A DNA stretch of 32,000 nucleotides from Candidatus Nitrospira nitrosa (GCF_001458735.1 NZ_CZQA01000011.1:85483-117482); one strand, 5' to 3'. Counted from the stretch's first letter, positions 23,694 to 32,000 are shown. The notes: a model not told the origin generated them from the letters alone. Numbers and translations: made by a program.

Positions 23694-24599
23694 TATAGCC
23701 AAGCCCTCAATTACTGATGGACATAGGCAGTGGACTTTAGCGATCATGCGGGCATGAGATGTTCACCAGATTTGCGCCAGCGGGTCGTGGATTTTGTCCG
23801 AAGTGGGGGAAGCAAGGCCGACGCGGCTCGGCGGTTCAAAGTCGGTGAGGCGAGCGTGTACCGCTGGCTCAAGCCTGGTGGCCTAACGTACCAGCGTCCT
23901 GGTCCTCGTCGGGCCCACAAATTGGATTGGGAGCAGTTACGCCGTCATGTGGAGGACCATCCCGATCGGATACAAGCAGAACGGGCGCGGCATTTCCACG
24001 TCTCCCGACATTGCATCTGGAACGCGCTGCGCAAACTGGCCGTCACGCATAAAAAAAAGGATGGGCTACCAAGAACGTGACCCTCTCCAACGACGACGGT
24101 TCCTCCGTCTTCGTGAACGGTTTCTGCGACGCGGCAAACAGCCCGTCTACATCGATGAATGTGGGTTTGCCCCGTCGACGGTGCGGCGCTATGGATACGC
24201 GCCGAAAGGCCAGCGTGTAGATGGCCTGGTGTCCGGGCATCGACGGCCACGCACCTCGCTCATTGCCGCTCGTATGGATGGGCAACTGGTAGAGCCCTGT
24301 CTGTTCAAAGGCACCTGCGATACCGTGGTCTTCAACGCGTGGCTGCAGACGAGATTGTGCCCGCGCCTGACCGCCCACCATCTCGTCATCATGGACAATG
24401 CCACCTTTCATACCTCGCCCGAAACAGCGCAGCTCATCAAGGCGACTGGGGCGACCTTGCTATTCCTTGCACCCTATTCCCCCGACCTCAATCCCATCGA
24501 GCGGGACTTCGCCGTGCTGAAGAAACGCCGGGAATATCAGGAGCAAGCCACGCTCGACGACATCGTCAAGGCCTATCAATGATTGTGAACTTAGCTATA
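23694..24599 (+). mobile_element. IS630-family insertion sequence (~0.9 kb) with imperfect terminal inverted repeats and TA at both ends
   Basis: The left end ctatagccaagccctcaattactgatggac (23693-) and the reverse complement of the right end ctatagctaagttcacaatcattgataggc (-24600) match at 21 of 30 positions by hand alignment. Both junctions read cTATAg, consistent with a TA target duplication, but the exact boundary is ambiguous by 2-3 nt. Confidence 0.7.
23754..24582 (+). CDS. IS630-family DDE transposase encoded in two overlapping frames joined at an A8 run
   Basis: Frame A (23730/23754-24080) encodes MRCSPDLRQRVVDFVRSGGSKADAARRFKVGEASVYRWL, an HTH. Frame B (to 24582) encodes VYIDECGF.., ..LVIMDNATFH.., ..DLNPIERDF, a DDE triad with the second D and the E separated by 34 residues. 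The frames meet at aaaaaaaa (24051-24058). A +1 shift, or one fewer A, fuses them as ..VTHKKK/RMGYQERD... Confidence 0.85.
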
Positions 24600-24681
24600 G
24601 TGTTTTCCGGGGTGTCTTATGCTCGATCTCTCACGCGCAGTCCCATACCTATGTCGGCTATCGACCGGTGGTAGAATGCTC

Positions 24682-25554
24682 TCAGTTCATTCCACAACTC
24701 CCCAGGCTGATCGTTACTCCGGGATGTTTACTTTTCCAGAAGTTGAATGCCTCATCATCGATAATCTCAAGTGTTTTATGCCCTCGCTCACAGGTATGAC
24801 CTGATTCATGGGTAAAGAGAGCAAAGTAACATGCCTGACGGTCTTCAAGGTTTGGGAGTGCCCGTACCGTGGTGAGAAAGCCTGGACACATATGGCATTT
24901 TTTCGTCAAAGGGCTTGCCCAGCCATTCGCACCTTTGCACATACCGTCCATTGTTTTTTCGCACACCACTTTCCCATTCTTCTTGAAGCGATCTTCTAGA
25001 CAGCTCCCTATATTGACCGGCCAACCTCGAATCCCTTCAAGGGTCTTTTCAAACTCAGTCCAATTATCGGCTCCCCAGTCGATCGCCTGTCCGATTTCCG
25101 TCGTCTCCTGTGATGAGCAGTCTGTAACATTCGATGCTGCGGGAGATAGCTCCTCACTACTGATCGTGACCGTCTTTCGCATCTTATCCGTACACGTGAA
25201 GTCATCCGTGACCGTACTCACGGCATCTTCCCATTTCGTCCCTCCGATATGCCGCTGGTATGTCACCTTAAATTTTGTTGTATCTTTTTCTATGTGTTCC
25301 AGATCCTGCTTTTTGGTCCACTCCTTACCAGGTAAAATCTTCTGATGTCCATCTACACCAAACATGGATTCCGTGCGCCATTTGTCGGCCTTATAATCAT
25401 AGTATTGAAACTTGGTTACCTTGATTTCGTCCGCCGTGTCGTTTTTAAAGGTGATGTCGACATTGCTACAGACATCACCGATTGCCAGTGCCTGTTCCGT
25501 CATTGATATAAGGCCCATGGATATTGCTGCGACAAAGAAGGCTGTTCTGTACAT
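24682..25554 (-). CDS. Secreted Cys-rich protein with a C-terminal HExxH domain (M35/aspzincin-like peptidase fold suspected), encoded in a lower-GC island
   Basis: The SD is strong (gaaaggagataccgtATG). The signal peptide is MYRTAFFVAAISMGLISMTEQALA. The N-terminal half is beta-rich (VDITFKNDTADEIKVTKFQYYDY..). The C-terminal half reads DCSSQETTEIGQAI...VVCEKTMDGMCKGANGWASPLTKKCHMCPGFL...ALFTHESGHTCERGH. This contains HESGHTCERGH, an HExxHxxxxxH arrangement. Confidence 0.75.
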   Translation of the reverse strand: MYRTAFFVAAISMGLISMTEQALAIGDVCSNVDITFKNDTADEIKVTKFQYYDYKADKWRTESMFGVDGHQKILPGKEWTKKQDLEHIEKDTTKFKVTYQRHIGGTKWEDAVSTVTDDFTCTDKMRKTVTISSEELSPAASNVTDCSSQETTEIGQAIDWGADNWTEFEKTLEGIRGWPVNIGSCLEDRFKKNGKVVCEKTMDGMCKGANGWASPLTKKCHMCPGFLTTVRALPNLEDRQACYFALFTHESGHTCERGHKTLEIIDDEAFNFWKSKHPGVTISLGSCGMN

Positions 25555-25984
25555 ACGGTATCTCCTTTCTGCGGTTCATGCCGATCAGGCGAAAGAATAC
25601 GTTGTAGGTGTTCCTGAGTGAATCTCCTGTTTTTAGCTGGCTTCGTCTAAGCAAGTTACCTAGCAATAGACGTGCCTCACCGAGCAGAAGCCAGGACTGG
25701 TCCATTTCACCATCTGGAGTGGTGGATCTTGCTGGAAATGGGGATATAGATGGGATGAACCTCAGCACGAACGGATCTGAAGGAGTCGGATATGTGAGTA
25801 TCAAAAAGGATACAGGGATGTATCGTTTTTTTGAGGAAGCAGAAAGTTGATGTCCGAGAAGAGGTGAGGTTGATGGCACTCGATCTTGTTCGATAGTGCG
25901 TATCGTGTACAAAAGGTGATCGGTGCTCTGGTCGATCACACAACCTAGAAGAGTTTTTTAGAGAAAAAGATGAACGAGGCTAGC

Positions 25985-26190
25985 CATCCAGATGGTGACG
26001 AAGAAGCTCGATTTGGCTCGCCACGCCACCATTGTTTCCACCAGCCACTTTGCGCTGACCAATGGACGCACCGCGTCTTTCGCGTGAGAGAAAACCTCGT
26101 TAACGCACTCTTTCAGCTCAACGCCGCCCGCGTCAATCTCGCTCGTTCGATCGGGAGTCTACAGACCTTGCAGGAGCGGGCTCTGATTCG
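25985..26190 (+). pseudogene. Decayed 3' fragment of a second TolC-family gene
   Basis: The segment is alignable at nucleotide and protein level with 17331-17522, the 3' end of the intact TolC-like gene. Compare MVTKKLDLARHATIVSTSHFALTNG.. / ..RENLVNALFQLNAARVNLARSIGSLQTL with MATKELDLARERYAVITSASHFELTNG..RENLVNALFQLNAARINLARSTGSLETL. The fragment contains an internal frame break and premature TGA (~26086), has lost the stop at the homologous position, and has no 5' part. Confidence 0.8.
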
Positions 26191-26334
26191 CCATCCATTC
26201 GCCGTACTATCGAGCCGTTGAAGAAGCAACGATTCATTGCCCTTTAATCCTGTTGCGTTACGATAAGTCATCCACATTGTCTGAGGACTATCTCCGGCAT
26301 TGACTTGATTCGACCCTTCACGCACACTCCCGGC

Positions 26335-28587
26335 ATGTACGATCAGTCTGAAAGTGACCTCTTACGGATGTTGGCCGATCGGGCCGGCATTGCGGCGGAC
26401 TACTACGACATTGCCGGCACCCAGCATGTGACGACTGATGAGGCCCGACGTGCCATCCTCGGTGCCATGAATCTGCAGGTTGGCACGCGTGAAGAGCTCG
26501 TGGCGGAACTCGAAGCATGGGATGATCGCTGGTGGTTGCGAGGGTGTGAACCGGTCCATGTGTTGCGATTGGGATGTCCGGCGGGAACTTGGTCGCTGTA
26601 CGTGCCATGTGAAAGTTCAGACGAGTCCGATTTGTCCGTCAGATGGACCGTCACTACGGAGCAGGGAGATGCGCGATCTGAGCAGATGGAGGGGCAGGGC
26701 TTTACGATTGAAGAGAGCCGAACGATTCAGGGGCGGCGGTTTATTCGCACCACAGTGGCCTTTCCGCAAGATCTCCCGCTCGGGTATTACACGCTGACCG
26801 CCCAGACCAAAGGGGGCCGCACGAACACGGACGTGACCTCTCGCCTCATCGTCGCACCGGAACGGTGCTATATCCCTGATCCGCTGCAGCAGGGGATGCG
26901 ATGGTGGGGCGTCGCTCTGCAACTCTATTCTTTGCGGAGCCAGCAGAATTGGGGGATCGGGGATTTCCGTGATCTCGGTGCGGTCATCGACTGGGCCGGC
27001 AAACAGTTGGGCGCCTCAGTGATCGGGCTCAATCCGCTCCATGCGCTTAAGAACACGAAGCCCTATCACATCAGTCCCTATTCACCCACCAGCCGTCTCT
27101 TCCTCAATGACGTGTATATCGACATCTCCCAGGTTTCGGAGTGTCGGACGGATGCCGAGGTACAAGCCCGGTTGGCTGATCCCACGGTTCGTGCTCGGAT
27201 CGATGCGGCGCGGCAAAGCGAGTTAGTGGACTATGAGGCGGTGCAATCGGTCAAACGAGAGGTTCTCGAGCTGTGTTATCGGGCATTTGTCCGGGATAAC
27301 TTCGATGGGGTTGAACCGGAGTTATGTCCGACCACCGATCGAGGGAGAAGTTTTCAAGACTTCACGGAGCGAGAGGGTGAGTCGCTTCTACGCTATGCGC
27401 TGTTTCAAGCGTTGGAAGAGGCGCAACGGGCCGCTCAATCTCCCCCCATCACCTGGGAGGATTGGCCTGAACCCTATCGCACGCCGACATCGGAAGAGGT
27501 GGGAGCATTTCGCCGTTGCCATATGCATCGGGTGCGGTTTTTTGAATATCTGCAATGGTTGGCAGCTGAGCAATTACGCGGGCTGGTCAAGCAGACGCAT
27601 GATGCAGGGATGCCGATCGGTTTGTACCATGACTTTGCCTTGGGTAGCGATCGCTACGGCGCCGATGGGTGGTTGAATCGAGAGGTGCTCGCCTTCAAGG
27701 CCGACTGTGGAGCCCCGCCCGATGCCTTTGCGCCGGAAGGACAAAATTGGGGTTTTTCCCCTCTCGACCCGTTGCGACTGCGTGCGAACGGGTATCGGTA
27801 TTTTAGTGTGTTGCTCCGTAACAATCTCCGCTATGGAGGTGCGATACGGATCGACCATGTCATGGCACTCTTTCGACTGTTCTGGATTCCCCGTGGACTT
27901 CCCCCTGCGATGGGGACCTATGTGTATTATCGAGACGACGAACTATTGGCCATCCTGGCGTTAGAGAGTGTGCGGGCAAAAGCACTGGTGATCGGTGAAG
28001 ATCTGGGTACCGTTCCTGATTGGGTGCGTGAGCGACTCGGACCGGCCGGGGTCTTATCCTATCGAGTTTTCTATTTTGAGCGAGAACATTGGGGAAGATG
28101 GAAGCCTCCGGCTCAGTACCCTGCGCAAGCCCTCGCGGTGGCCACGACACACGATCTGCCGACGCTGGTGGGATACTGGGAGGGTGCGGATATCGAAACT
28201 CGATCCGCACTGGGCTTGTTTCCTTCGGAGGATGCACGGCAAGCGATGTGGGCGGACCGGCAGCGAGAGAAGAGTGGAATCCTCGCGGCCTTGAAGTCGG
28301 ACGGCCTGCTGCCCTCCTGGGTCTCCGATGATCCGGCGTACACGCCCGCCATGACGTCTGAACTCGTGGAATGTATTCATCAGTATCTGGCCCGAAGCCC
28401 TGCCTGGCTGGTCTTGGCCAATCTCGAAGATATGATCGGCACCCGACTCCAGACCAATCTTCCAGGGACGGTGGATCAGCATCCGAATTGGTGTCGGAAA
28501 TTGAGTGCGACGGTGGAGGACTTGACTCAAGATCCTCGCCCTCAACGGCTTGCGGCCCTGTTGCGTTTGACCCGCCCTCTTGTGTAA
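26335..28587 (+). CDS. malQ: 4-alpha-glucanotransferase (amylomaltase, GH77), long form
   Basis: Key segments are YSLRSQQNWGIGDFRDLGAVIDWAGKQLGASVIGLNPLHAL, GMPIGLYHDFALG, IRIDHVMALFRLFWIP, VIGEDLGTVPDWV. The N-terminus MYDQSESDLLRMLADRAGIAADYYDIAG.. resembles the E. coli MalQ N-terminus, so I prefer ATG 26335 over the TTG at 26305. Confidence 0.9.
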   Translation: MYDQSESDLLRMLADRAGIAADYYDIAGTQHVTTDEARRAILGAMNLQVGTREELVAELEAWDDRWWLRGCEPVHVLRLGCPAGTWSLYVPCESSDESDLSVRWTVTTEQGDARSEQMEGQGFTIEESRTIQGRRFIRTTVAFPQDLPLGYYTLTAQTKGGRTNTDVTSRLIVAPERCYIPDPLQQGMRWWGVALQLYSLRSQQNWGIGDFRDLGAVIDWAGKQLGASVIGLNPLHALKNTKPYHISPYSPTSRLFLNDVYIDISQVSECRTDAEVQARLADPTVRARIDAARQSELVDYEAVQSVKREVLELCYRAFVRDNFDGVEPELCPTTDRGRSFQDFTEREGESLLRYALFQALEEAQRAAQSPPITWEDWPEPYRTPTSEEVGAFRRCHMHRVRFFEYLQWLAAEQLRGLVKQTHDAGMPIGLYHDFALGSDRYGADGWLNREVLAFKADCGAPPDAFAPEGQNWGFSPLDPLRLRANGYRYFSVLLRNNLRYGGAIRIDHVMALFRLFWIPRGLPPAMGTYVYYRDDELLAILALESVRAKALVIGEDLGTVPDWVRERLGPAGVLSYRVFYFEREHWGRWKPPAQYPAQALAVATTHDLPTLVGYWEGADIETRSALGLFPSEDARQAMWADRQREKSGILAALKSDGLLPSWVSDDPAYTPAMTSELVECIHQYLARSPAWLVLANLEDMIGTRLQTNLPGTVDQHPNWCRKLSATVEDLTQDPRPQRLAALLRLTRPLV

Positions 28588-28638
28588 GTAGTACTGTGAA
28601 GGAATCCTCACGGTCGTGAGGCTCTCGATGCAGAGCCC

Positions 28639-29829
28639 GTGGGACAAGGCAATGCAATGGCAGGCATGACGCATCGCGACCGTATTGTACTGGCTATCGC
28701 CGCCGCCTGTTTTCTGATCATCCTGATCATCGAGCAGTTTGCTCCGGCCAACGTCGTCGTGGCCTATGGATACGTGCTGCCGATTTTGCTGGTCGCGACC
28801 TTTCGGAATCGCACGATGATGCTGGTCACCGTCTTGGCCTGTGTGGTCGCAACGTATTCGGGCCTTCTCCAACCCACCAAACCTGGGCGATTTCAAGCGG
28901 CGTTGATCAATCGGAGCGTCGTCGTCAGCGTCTTATTGCTGGTCGCGTATCTCGGCATGAGTTGGGAGGAGCGAAAGGCGCGGGAGGAGGCCGCGCGAGC
29001 GGCCTTGGCCAATGAAACGGAGAGTCTCCTCAAAGCCAATACGCAACTGGTGCAGGCAAAGGATCAACTGAATCGGTCGGAACGACTCGCGGCGGTCGGG
29101 CAGCTGGTGGCCTCCGTCGCACATGAAGTCGGTACCCCGCTTCACTCGATTGCCTGGCATGTGCAAGCCTTGGCTGAAGAGCCTGGTGTGACCCCCGACA
29201 TGAAGAAACGGGTAGCGGTCATTGACGAACAACTGGCGCGAGTGGTGCGCATCATCCAGGACTTGCTTTCCTCAACCCGTCCTCGACAGCCGGAACCGGA
29301 GTGGCTGTCGGTCGGAGAAGTGGTGAGTCCTTCGGCGGTGCTGATGGAGCCGGCGTTTCATGAAAAGGGTCTCACGTTGACGGTCGAGATTCCCAAAGAC
29401 CTTCCGTTCGTGTGGGCGGACAAGGAAAAGATCCATCAAGTACTTGTGAATGTGTTGGCGAATGCGCTCGCCGCAACCCCTGCACATGGGACGGTCACCG
29501 TGACTGCGGGATGTCGCGAGGCGTCAGCCGACGAGCTCGAGCGCGGTCGGCTCGTGGCCGATGGCATGTCTCCAATGGTGGTGACCATCCTGATACAGGA
29601 TACAGGGTGTGGAATGCCGACAGCCGATCTGGAAAAGGCGTTCGAGCCGTTTTTCACCACCAAGGCGGTTGGCAAAGGCACTGGCTTGGGACTATTCTTA
29701 AGCCGCGAATCAGTTGTGGCGCATGGTGGAAGCCTGGTGCTCGGCAGTGTGATCGGGCAGGGCACGACCGTGACGCTGACGTTACCGGCAATGCGACGTG
29801 CCTCTGTTCCTGTAAAGGGAGAGACATGA
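28639..29829 (+). CDS. Membrane sensor histidine kinase (HisKA plus HATPase_c), partner of the NtrC-family regulator
   Basis: The N-terminus has about four hydrophobic helices, then a coiled coil. The H-box is RLAAVGQLVASVAHEVGTPLHSI, the N-box is QVLVNVLANALAAT, G1 is IQDTGCGM, and G2 is GKGTGLGLFLSRE. The start could be GTG 28639 or ATG 28657/28666. Confidence 0.88.
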   Translation: MGQGNAMAGMTHRDRIVLAIAAACFLIILIIEQFAPANVVVAYGYVLPILLVATFRNRTMMLVTVLACVVATYSGLLQPTKPGRFQAALINRSVVVSVLLLVAYLGMSWEERKAREEAARAALANETESLLKANTQLVQAKDQLNRSERLAAVGQLVASVAHEVGTPLHSIAWHVQALAEEPGVTPDMKKRVAVIDEQLARVVRIIQDLLSSTRPRQPEPEWLSVGEVVSPSAVLMEPAFHEKGLTLTVEIPKDLPFVWADKEKIHQVLVNVLANALAATPAHGTVTVTAGCREASADELERGRLVADGMSPMVVTILIQDTGCGMPTADLEKAFEPFFTTKAVGKGTGLGLFLSRESVVAHGGSLVLGSVIGQGTTVTLTLPAMRRASVPVKGET

Positions 29830-30014
29830 CACACTGAACGATTCTGGTGGCCGACGATGATGCGGTTGCCCGTGAGCTGCTGGCAGAGGGGCTTGGAGAA
29901 GCGTACGATCGGCTTGTGGTGCTGGCCTGTGAGGGAGCGCAGTCCGTGGACGATTATGATGAGCATGTGACCAGCGAGGCAATGGGCTCAGGTTTCGTGA
30001 GGGAGGAGGCATGA
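29826..30014 (+). pseudogene. Degenerate duplicate of the 5' end of the downstream response-regulator gene
   Basis: ATG 29826 overlaps the kinase stop (ATGA) and reads [23 protein letters not shown]... The real gene reads [22 protein letters not shown]... Segments 29838-29887 and 30026-30075 are identical over 50 bp, after which the sequences are unrelated. The frame closes at the TGA at 30012-30014. Confidence 0.7.
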
Positions 30015-31444
30015 TGCATTCAGCGACGATTCTGGTGGCCGACGATGATGCGGTTGCCCGTGAGCTGCTGGCAGAAGCGCTCAGGAAAGAAGGCTATCAG
30101 GTCGAGGCGTTTGCAAGCGGGGAAGAGGTGATCGCCAGGGGGCGTGAGGGACGGGTCGATCTGGTGTTGACCGATATTCGCATGGGGGCCGTGGATGGAC
30201 TCACTGTGCTACGGGAGTTCAAGCGGGTCAGTCCGAATACGGCGGTGGTGGTGCTGACGGCGTTCGGCTCATTGGAGGGTGCGATTGAGGCGATCAAGCA
30301 AGGGGCCTACGATTACCTTGCGAAACCGTTCAAGCGGGAAGATATCAAGCTGGTCGTCAAGCGAGGGCTGGATCACTGTCGGTTGCTTCGAGAGAATGCC
30401 CGGTTCCGAGAGGAGTTGAAGAGCAAGGGCGAGTGGTCCCCATTGGTCGGAAGCAGCACGGCAATGTTAGAGGTCTACAAGCTGGTCGCCCGTGTGGCGG
30501 AGAGTAAGAGCACCGTGTTGCTGCAAGGAGAAAGCGGGACGGGCAAAGAACTGATTGCTCGGGCCATTCATACGAATGGTCCTCGTCGAGATAAGCCCTT
30601 TATCCCGGTCAACTGCGGCGCCTTGCCGGATACGCTGCTGGAGTCGGAAATGTTCGGATATGAGAAGGGCGCGTTTACCGGGGCGGTAGGGACCAAGGTC
30701 GGACTCTTTGAATCGGCCAATGGGGGGACGTTATTTCTCGATGAAATCGGTGAGCTTGGACAAGCGTTGCAAGTGAAATTGTTGCGGGTGATGCAAGATC
30801 AAGAAGTGCGGCGAGTCGGGAGCACGACATCAACTAAAGTCGATGTCCGGATCATTGCCGCGACGAATCGTGATTTGGAGCAGTTGGTGAAGGAAGGAAA
30901 GTTTCGGGACGATCTCTTCTACCGCCTGAAAGTGGTGCCGATCACCTTGCCGGCGTTGGTGGAACGCCGGGAAGATATTCCCATGTTGGTGCATCACTTT
31001 CTGCAAAAGTGTGCCACGGGGGCCGGGCACGTGGTACGAGGCGTCCTGCCGGAAACCATGACGCTCTTGACCCAGTATCGCTGGCCGGGCAATGTGCGTG
31101 AGTTGGAGAATGCGATTGAGCGGGCCGTGTCATTAAGTCACGGCCCCATGTTGACGCCCGAGGATTTGCCGGAAGTGATCCGACAGGGAGTGACCGCTGA
31201 AGGGGACGCGAGTGTTGTTCCAGGCGATCCACTCAATGATGCCTATCTGACACTCGAGGAAGTTGAGAAACGGCATCTGATTCGCGTGCTCAAGGAAACC
31301 AAGGGTAATAAGGTGAAAGCGGCCAAGATTCTTGGGATTGATCGGCGAACCCTCTATCGGATGGCAGAACGGTTTGGTCTTGACCTGGGAGAAGAAGTAG
31401 AGGGAGTAGAGAAAGAATCTGTCGGACCGAGCGGAACATCCTGA
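30011..31444 (+). CDS. Sigma54-dependent response regulator (NtrC/AtoC family: REC, AAA+ and Fis-type HTH domains)
   Basis: GGGAGGAGG precedes the ATG. The REC domain reads ILVADDD...DLVLTDIRM. Walker A is GESGTGKE. The GAFTGA motif is present ([10 protein letters not shown]). Further segments are LFLDEIGEL and the C-terminal [25 protein letters not shown]. Confidence 0.93.
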   Translation: MMHSATILVADDDAVARELLAEALRKEGYQVEAFASGEEVIARGREGRVDLVLTDIRMGAVDGLTVLREFKRVSPNTAVVVLTAFGSLEGAIEAIKQGAYDYLAKPFKREDIKLVVKRGLDHCRLLRENARFREELKSKGEWSPLVGSSTAMLEVYKLVARVAESKSTVLLQGESGTGKELIARAIHTNGPRRDKPFIPVNCGALPDTLLESEMFGYEKGAFTGAVGTKVGLFESANGGTLFLDEIGELGQALQVKLLRVMQDQEVRRVGSTTSTKVDVRIIAATNRDLEQLVKEGKFRDDLFYRLKVVPITLPALVERREDIPMLVHHFLQKCATGAGHVVRGVLPETMTLLTQYRWPGNVRELENAIERAVSLSHGPMLTPEDLPEVIRQGVTAEGDASVVPGDPLNDAYLTLEEVEKRHLIRVLKETKGNKVKAAKILGIDRRTLYRMAERFGLDLGEEVEGVEKESVGPSGTS

Positions 31445-31486
31445 TAGAGGAGTCGTTATACGTGATAAGTCCGTCACATAGAGGGC

Positions 31487-31527
31487 AAAAAAAAAGCGCC
31501 ACGACCGTGAGGCCGTGGCGCTTTTTT
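31487..31527. terminator. Bidirectional intrinsic terminator between convergent genes
   Basis: An A9 run (31487-31495) precedes gcgccacg (31496-31503), a 10-nt loop and cgtggcgc (31514-21), followed by a T6 run (31522-31527). The A-run and T-run flanks allow termination on both strands. Confidence 0.85.
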
Positions 31528-31545
31528 CATAACAGGAGACGCGCG

Positions 31546-32000
31546 CTATTGTTTTGCGCCGTAAAACGTCTCAGTTGTATAAGTGGTCTGGACGATTTTC
31601 AGCTCGTTTTTGATTAACCGTAGTTTATTTTGTGCACTCTGTGGGACTTGGGGTGTTGTTGGGCCCCAGCTGTCAAACATCGTTTGCTTGCCCTCAGACG
31701 AGACCTGGAGACGGAGGCGAGAGCGCTGATCAGTTTCCGCCGTCACAGACGCTTCAGCCTGGCTTCTGACAACGCCAAACCGTCCTCTCACAAGCCAATC
31801 CCAGATGCTCGGCTGCTCGCCCCGATAGCCCGTGTGAAGCTGCGACCCGTCCTTCCAGTCCACACAGCAGTAATCATCATCTGCAAGCACTTTTGTCACA
31901 GCGGCCTTAACCCGGTCTGCCGAAACAGGCAGCGTGACTTCCACGACATCTGGCTCCACGGGGTGCTGAACACCGGCACATCCAAACGTAACAGCGGTGA
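31546..32000 (-). CDS. Putative lipoprotein of unknown function; the 5' end lies outside the window
   Basis: The minus-strand frame stays open to the window edge. Upstream of the GTG at 31959 it reads ..TAVTFGCAGVQHPVEPD.., a lipobox-like FGC. No recognisable motif follows. Confidence 0.6.
   Translation of the reverse strand, partial: TAVTFGCAGVQHPVEPDVVEVTLPVSADRVKAAVTKVLADDDYCCVDWKDGSQLHTGYRGEQPSIWDWLVRGRFGVVRSQAEASVTAETDQRSRLRLQVSSEGKQTMFDSWGPTTPQVPQSAQNKLRLIKNELKIVQTTYTTETFYGAKQ

Noticed and set aside
24159-24674. A 171-aa ORF in a third frame across the IS630 right half
   Set aside because: It overlaps the DDE transposase frame, which has clear catalytic motifs. The alternative frame is Arg/Ala/Pro-rich with no motif.
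25874-25890. TGGCAC-N-TTGT near the right edge of the island, considered as a sigma54 promoter for the nearby NtrC-type regulator's regulon
   Set aside because: The spacing is off by one, the -12 element reads GT rather than GC, and no intact gene lies directly downstream.
25475-25939. A 154-aa minus-strand ORF upstream of, and overlapping, the secreted-protein gene
   Set aside because: It has no SD and overlaps the well-supported start and SD of the 24682-25554 gene in another frame. Its composition suggests non-coding AT-rich DNA.
25970-26221. An 83-aa plus-strand ORF, considered as a small gene
   Set aside because: Its C-terminal half is the decayed TolC-like remnant read through the lost stop. 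Its N-terminal half is an out-of-frame reading of the same remnant. It is treated as a pseudogene fragment.
27860-28896. Minus-strand ORFs of 265 and 280 aa overlapping malQ and the histidine kinase
   Set aside because: They have no recognisable motifs and an antisense-type composition. The plus-strand genes have diagnostic GH77 and HisKA motifs.

Overview
The amoC and amoA sequences suggest this is a chromosomal segment of a clade-A comammox-type Nitrospira. From left to right the window holds the following. (1) nt 1-10905: the 3' 10.9 kb of a giant RTX-repeat gene whose 5' end lies outside the window. It is a predicted type I secretion (T1SS) substrate and contains two internal arrays with a 213-bp period. 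(2) 11073-11850, minus strand: a small overlapping two-gene cassette whose downstream member has a minimal nucleotidyltransferase signature. (3) 12301-17522: a T1SS gene set. It comprises an HlyB-like ABC transporter with an inactive C39-like domain, an HlyD-like membrane fusion protein broken by a 1-nt frameshift, and a TolC-like outer membrane protein. (4) 17690-19419: a HisKA_3 histidine kinase translationally coupled to a NarL/LuxR-type response regulator. (5) 19690-21448: intact amoC and amoA, followed by a hairpin terminator and no amoB anywhere in the window. (6) 21685-23478: ftsH. (7) 23.5-26.3 kb: a mosaic stretch. It holds an IS630-family element whose two transposase frames are split at an A8 run, a lower-GC island encoding a secreted Cys-rich HExxH protein, and the decayed 3' end of a second TolC-like gene. 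(8) 26335-28587: malQ. (9) 28639-31444: a histidine kinase and a sigma54-dependent NtrC-family regulator. They are separated by a degenerate duplicate of the regulator's 5' end. (10) A bidirectional terminator and a lipoprotein gene on the minus strand, 5'-truncated by the window edge. The most interesting points are the amoCA pair without amoB, its position at the edge of a rearranged region, the decaying T1SS components, and the low-GC island protein. All functional calls rest on motif recognition by eye. No database search was possible.
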